Shown here: positions 62,496 to 64,000 of the stretch, piece after piece
Numbering within the stretch: position 1 is the stretch's first letter
How the letters are laid out: every line of letters starts with the position of its first letter
Translations under genes and position numbers: made by a program
NCBI RefSeq assembly: GCF_030144855.1
Contig: NC_082730.1
Coordinates: 13,268,001 to 13,332,000, forward strand
DNA: 64,000 nt
DNA from: Hypanus sabinus
Lineage: Eukaryota
Direction: 5' to 3'
The notes under the pieces: generated by a model
Database searches by the model: none
Told to the model about the DNA's origin: nothing
The model's input: the letters and a program-made list of their open reading frames with translations, nothing else

Positions 62496-64000
62496 CTGTA
62501 TGGTGAAGTGTGAAATATAGTTAGTGGTGGACTGTTGACAGGGGGGCTGAACTCAGAAAATGGCAGAGGAGAGCATTAGTGAGAAGAATTGGAGAGTACG
62601 TAAACAACCCCCAGGAGCTTTTCCTAGGTCTATAAAGAGAAAATAAATCTATGTGAACATAGAAAGTGAGCCTGGGGAAATGCCACGGGGAATGAGTAAA
62701 TGTCATTCAGGAATGGCCTCTTTTTACTACAGTCGGGGAGGAGATGAGGATCCTGAAGACCCACCCTCAAAAATTTGGGAACAGTTTCTTCCTCTCTGCC
62801 TTCTGACTTTTAAGTGATTCATAAACCCTTGACCACTCCTTGTTACTAATACAAGAGGCTCTGCAGATGCTGGAAATCGGGAGCAACACACAGAACATGC
62901 TAGAGGACGTCAGCAAGCCAGGCGGTATTGACGGACAGGAAGAAGGTGTCAACTTTACAAACTGAGACCCTTCATCAATACTGGAAACTCAGATCCATCT
63001 TCTTCAGATAACCATAAAAACAAAGAAAACCATGGAGTTTGTTCGAAACCCGTGCCATCCAACCAAAATGTTCAACTGAATTAGTCCATTTGCTTGCATT
63101 TGGCCCATATCTCTTCAGGCCTTTCTTATTCATGTATCAGTCCTAATGTTTTTTAAATGTAATCGTATCTGCCTCTACAGCTCCCTCTGGTAACTTTTTC
63201 CATATGCCTGCCACCCTCTGTAAGAAGAAGTTGTCCTTCAGTTCCCTTTTAAACTTCCCTTTCTCACACATTCAACCTATTCTTTTGTTCACATGACAAT
63301 GAACTTCACTTGGAGTTACAAAACAAAGTAAAATTGTGTAAACATCAGAACCTATTGAGAAACAGGATGGCTTTGTCTGCTTTTGAACTCCTTCAGTTAG
63401 CTCCTGGTTTGCTGCTTTCACCACTTCCTTTGTACCACTTTCAAAGAAACACTTTCTTGTTCATTCTAGGTATAACCATAACACTTGTATCATCTTACTG
63501 GAATGTCCAACCATCCGATAGAGGTATTGATTTTGTAGAGACCTGCAGCATGCAACAAACGAGCTATTGGGATCTCAATGTTGTGCCAACTTTTTAACCT
63601 ACTCCAAGACCATTCTAACCCTTCCCCTCCCACACAGGCCTCCATTTTTCTTTCATCCTAGTGTCTATCTAAGAATATCTTGAATGTTCCTGATTTATTT
63701 GTCTCTACCATCACCCCTGGCAGTGCATTCCACTCCCTGTATGAAAAACCACCTCTGATATACCCCCCATACTTCACTCCAATCACCTTAAACGTATGCC
63801 TTCTTGTGTTAGTCATTGCCATCCTGTGTAATAGGCTCTGGATGTCCACTCTATCTATTCCTCTTGTCATCTTATACATCTCAATCATGGTATTGTCTAA
63901 GCAGTGCTTTCCAAATGTATAAACTGGTTGCTTTGGTAAACTAGGTGAATGGTCTGAATCTGTGAAAGGCGTCTCAGAGAGGAGATGAATTTTTAAGCCA

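Larger units (their letters stand above)
1..64000. repeat. Tandem segmental duplication array, period ~28.83-28.85 kb (units A 1-28850, B 28851-57680, C 57681-64000 partial)
   Basis: tatttatcttagagccatac at 1 recurs at 28851 and 57681; ORF-track peptides recur at offsets 28822-28861 (e.g. 872/29716/58557, 14915/43741) in the same order and orientation. Confidence 0.98.

Noticed and set aside
1-64000. Prokaryotic systems (CRISPR, operons, rRNA/tRNA genes)
   Set aside because: Intron-exon gene and vertebrate retroelements throughout; no repeat-spacer array or recognisable structural RNA gene

Overview
Eukaryotic, repeat-rich DNA; the repeat inventory (CR1, Penelope/GIY-YIG, V-SINE-like, Rex1, Tx1, Tc1, Gypsy) suggests a cartilaginous fish, probably a ray (inference). 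The whole window is a head-to-tail tandem array of a ~28.8-kb unit: A 1-28850, B 28851-57680, C 57681-64000 (partial; boundaries arbitrary). Each complete unit carries, on the minus strand, a spliced CD300/CMRF35/pIgR-like Ig-superfamily receptor gene that the ORF track shows only in fragments: leader - V-type Ig D1 - V-type Ig D2 - 40-nt stalk - Arg-containing TM - 4-residue terminal exon. In unit A it is an intact 275-aa activating-type receptor with all splice phases matching; in unit B D1 has a CGA>TGA stop. Downstream on the same strand, with no Ig exon of its own that I can find, lies a second, inhibitory-type module: a possible decayed Ser/Thr/Pro-rich stalk exon, a second uncharged TM exon with a +1 frameshift, a cytoplasmic exon split by a CR1 insertion with an 8-bp TSD, and a terminal exon with two ITIMs and a polyA signal (intact in A and B, nonsense in C). 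Differences between A and B cluster as non-synonymous changes in the predicted ligand-binding loops of both Ig domains, while the stalk/TM region is nearly identical. The three units share derived indels discordantly, which points to unequal crossing-over or gene conversion. All other long ORFs are transposon debris.
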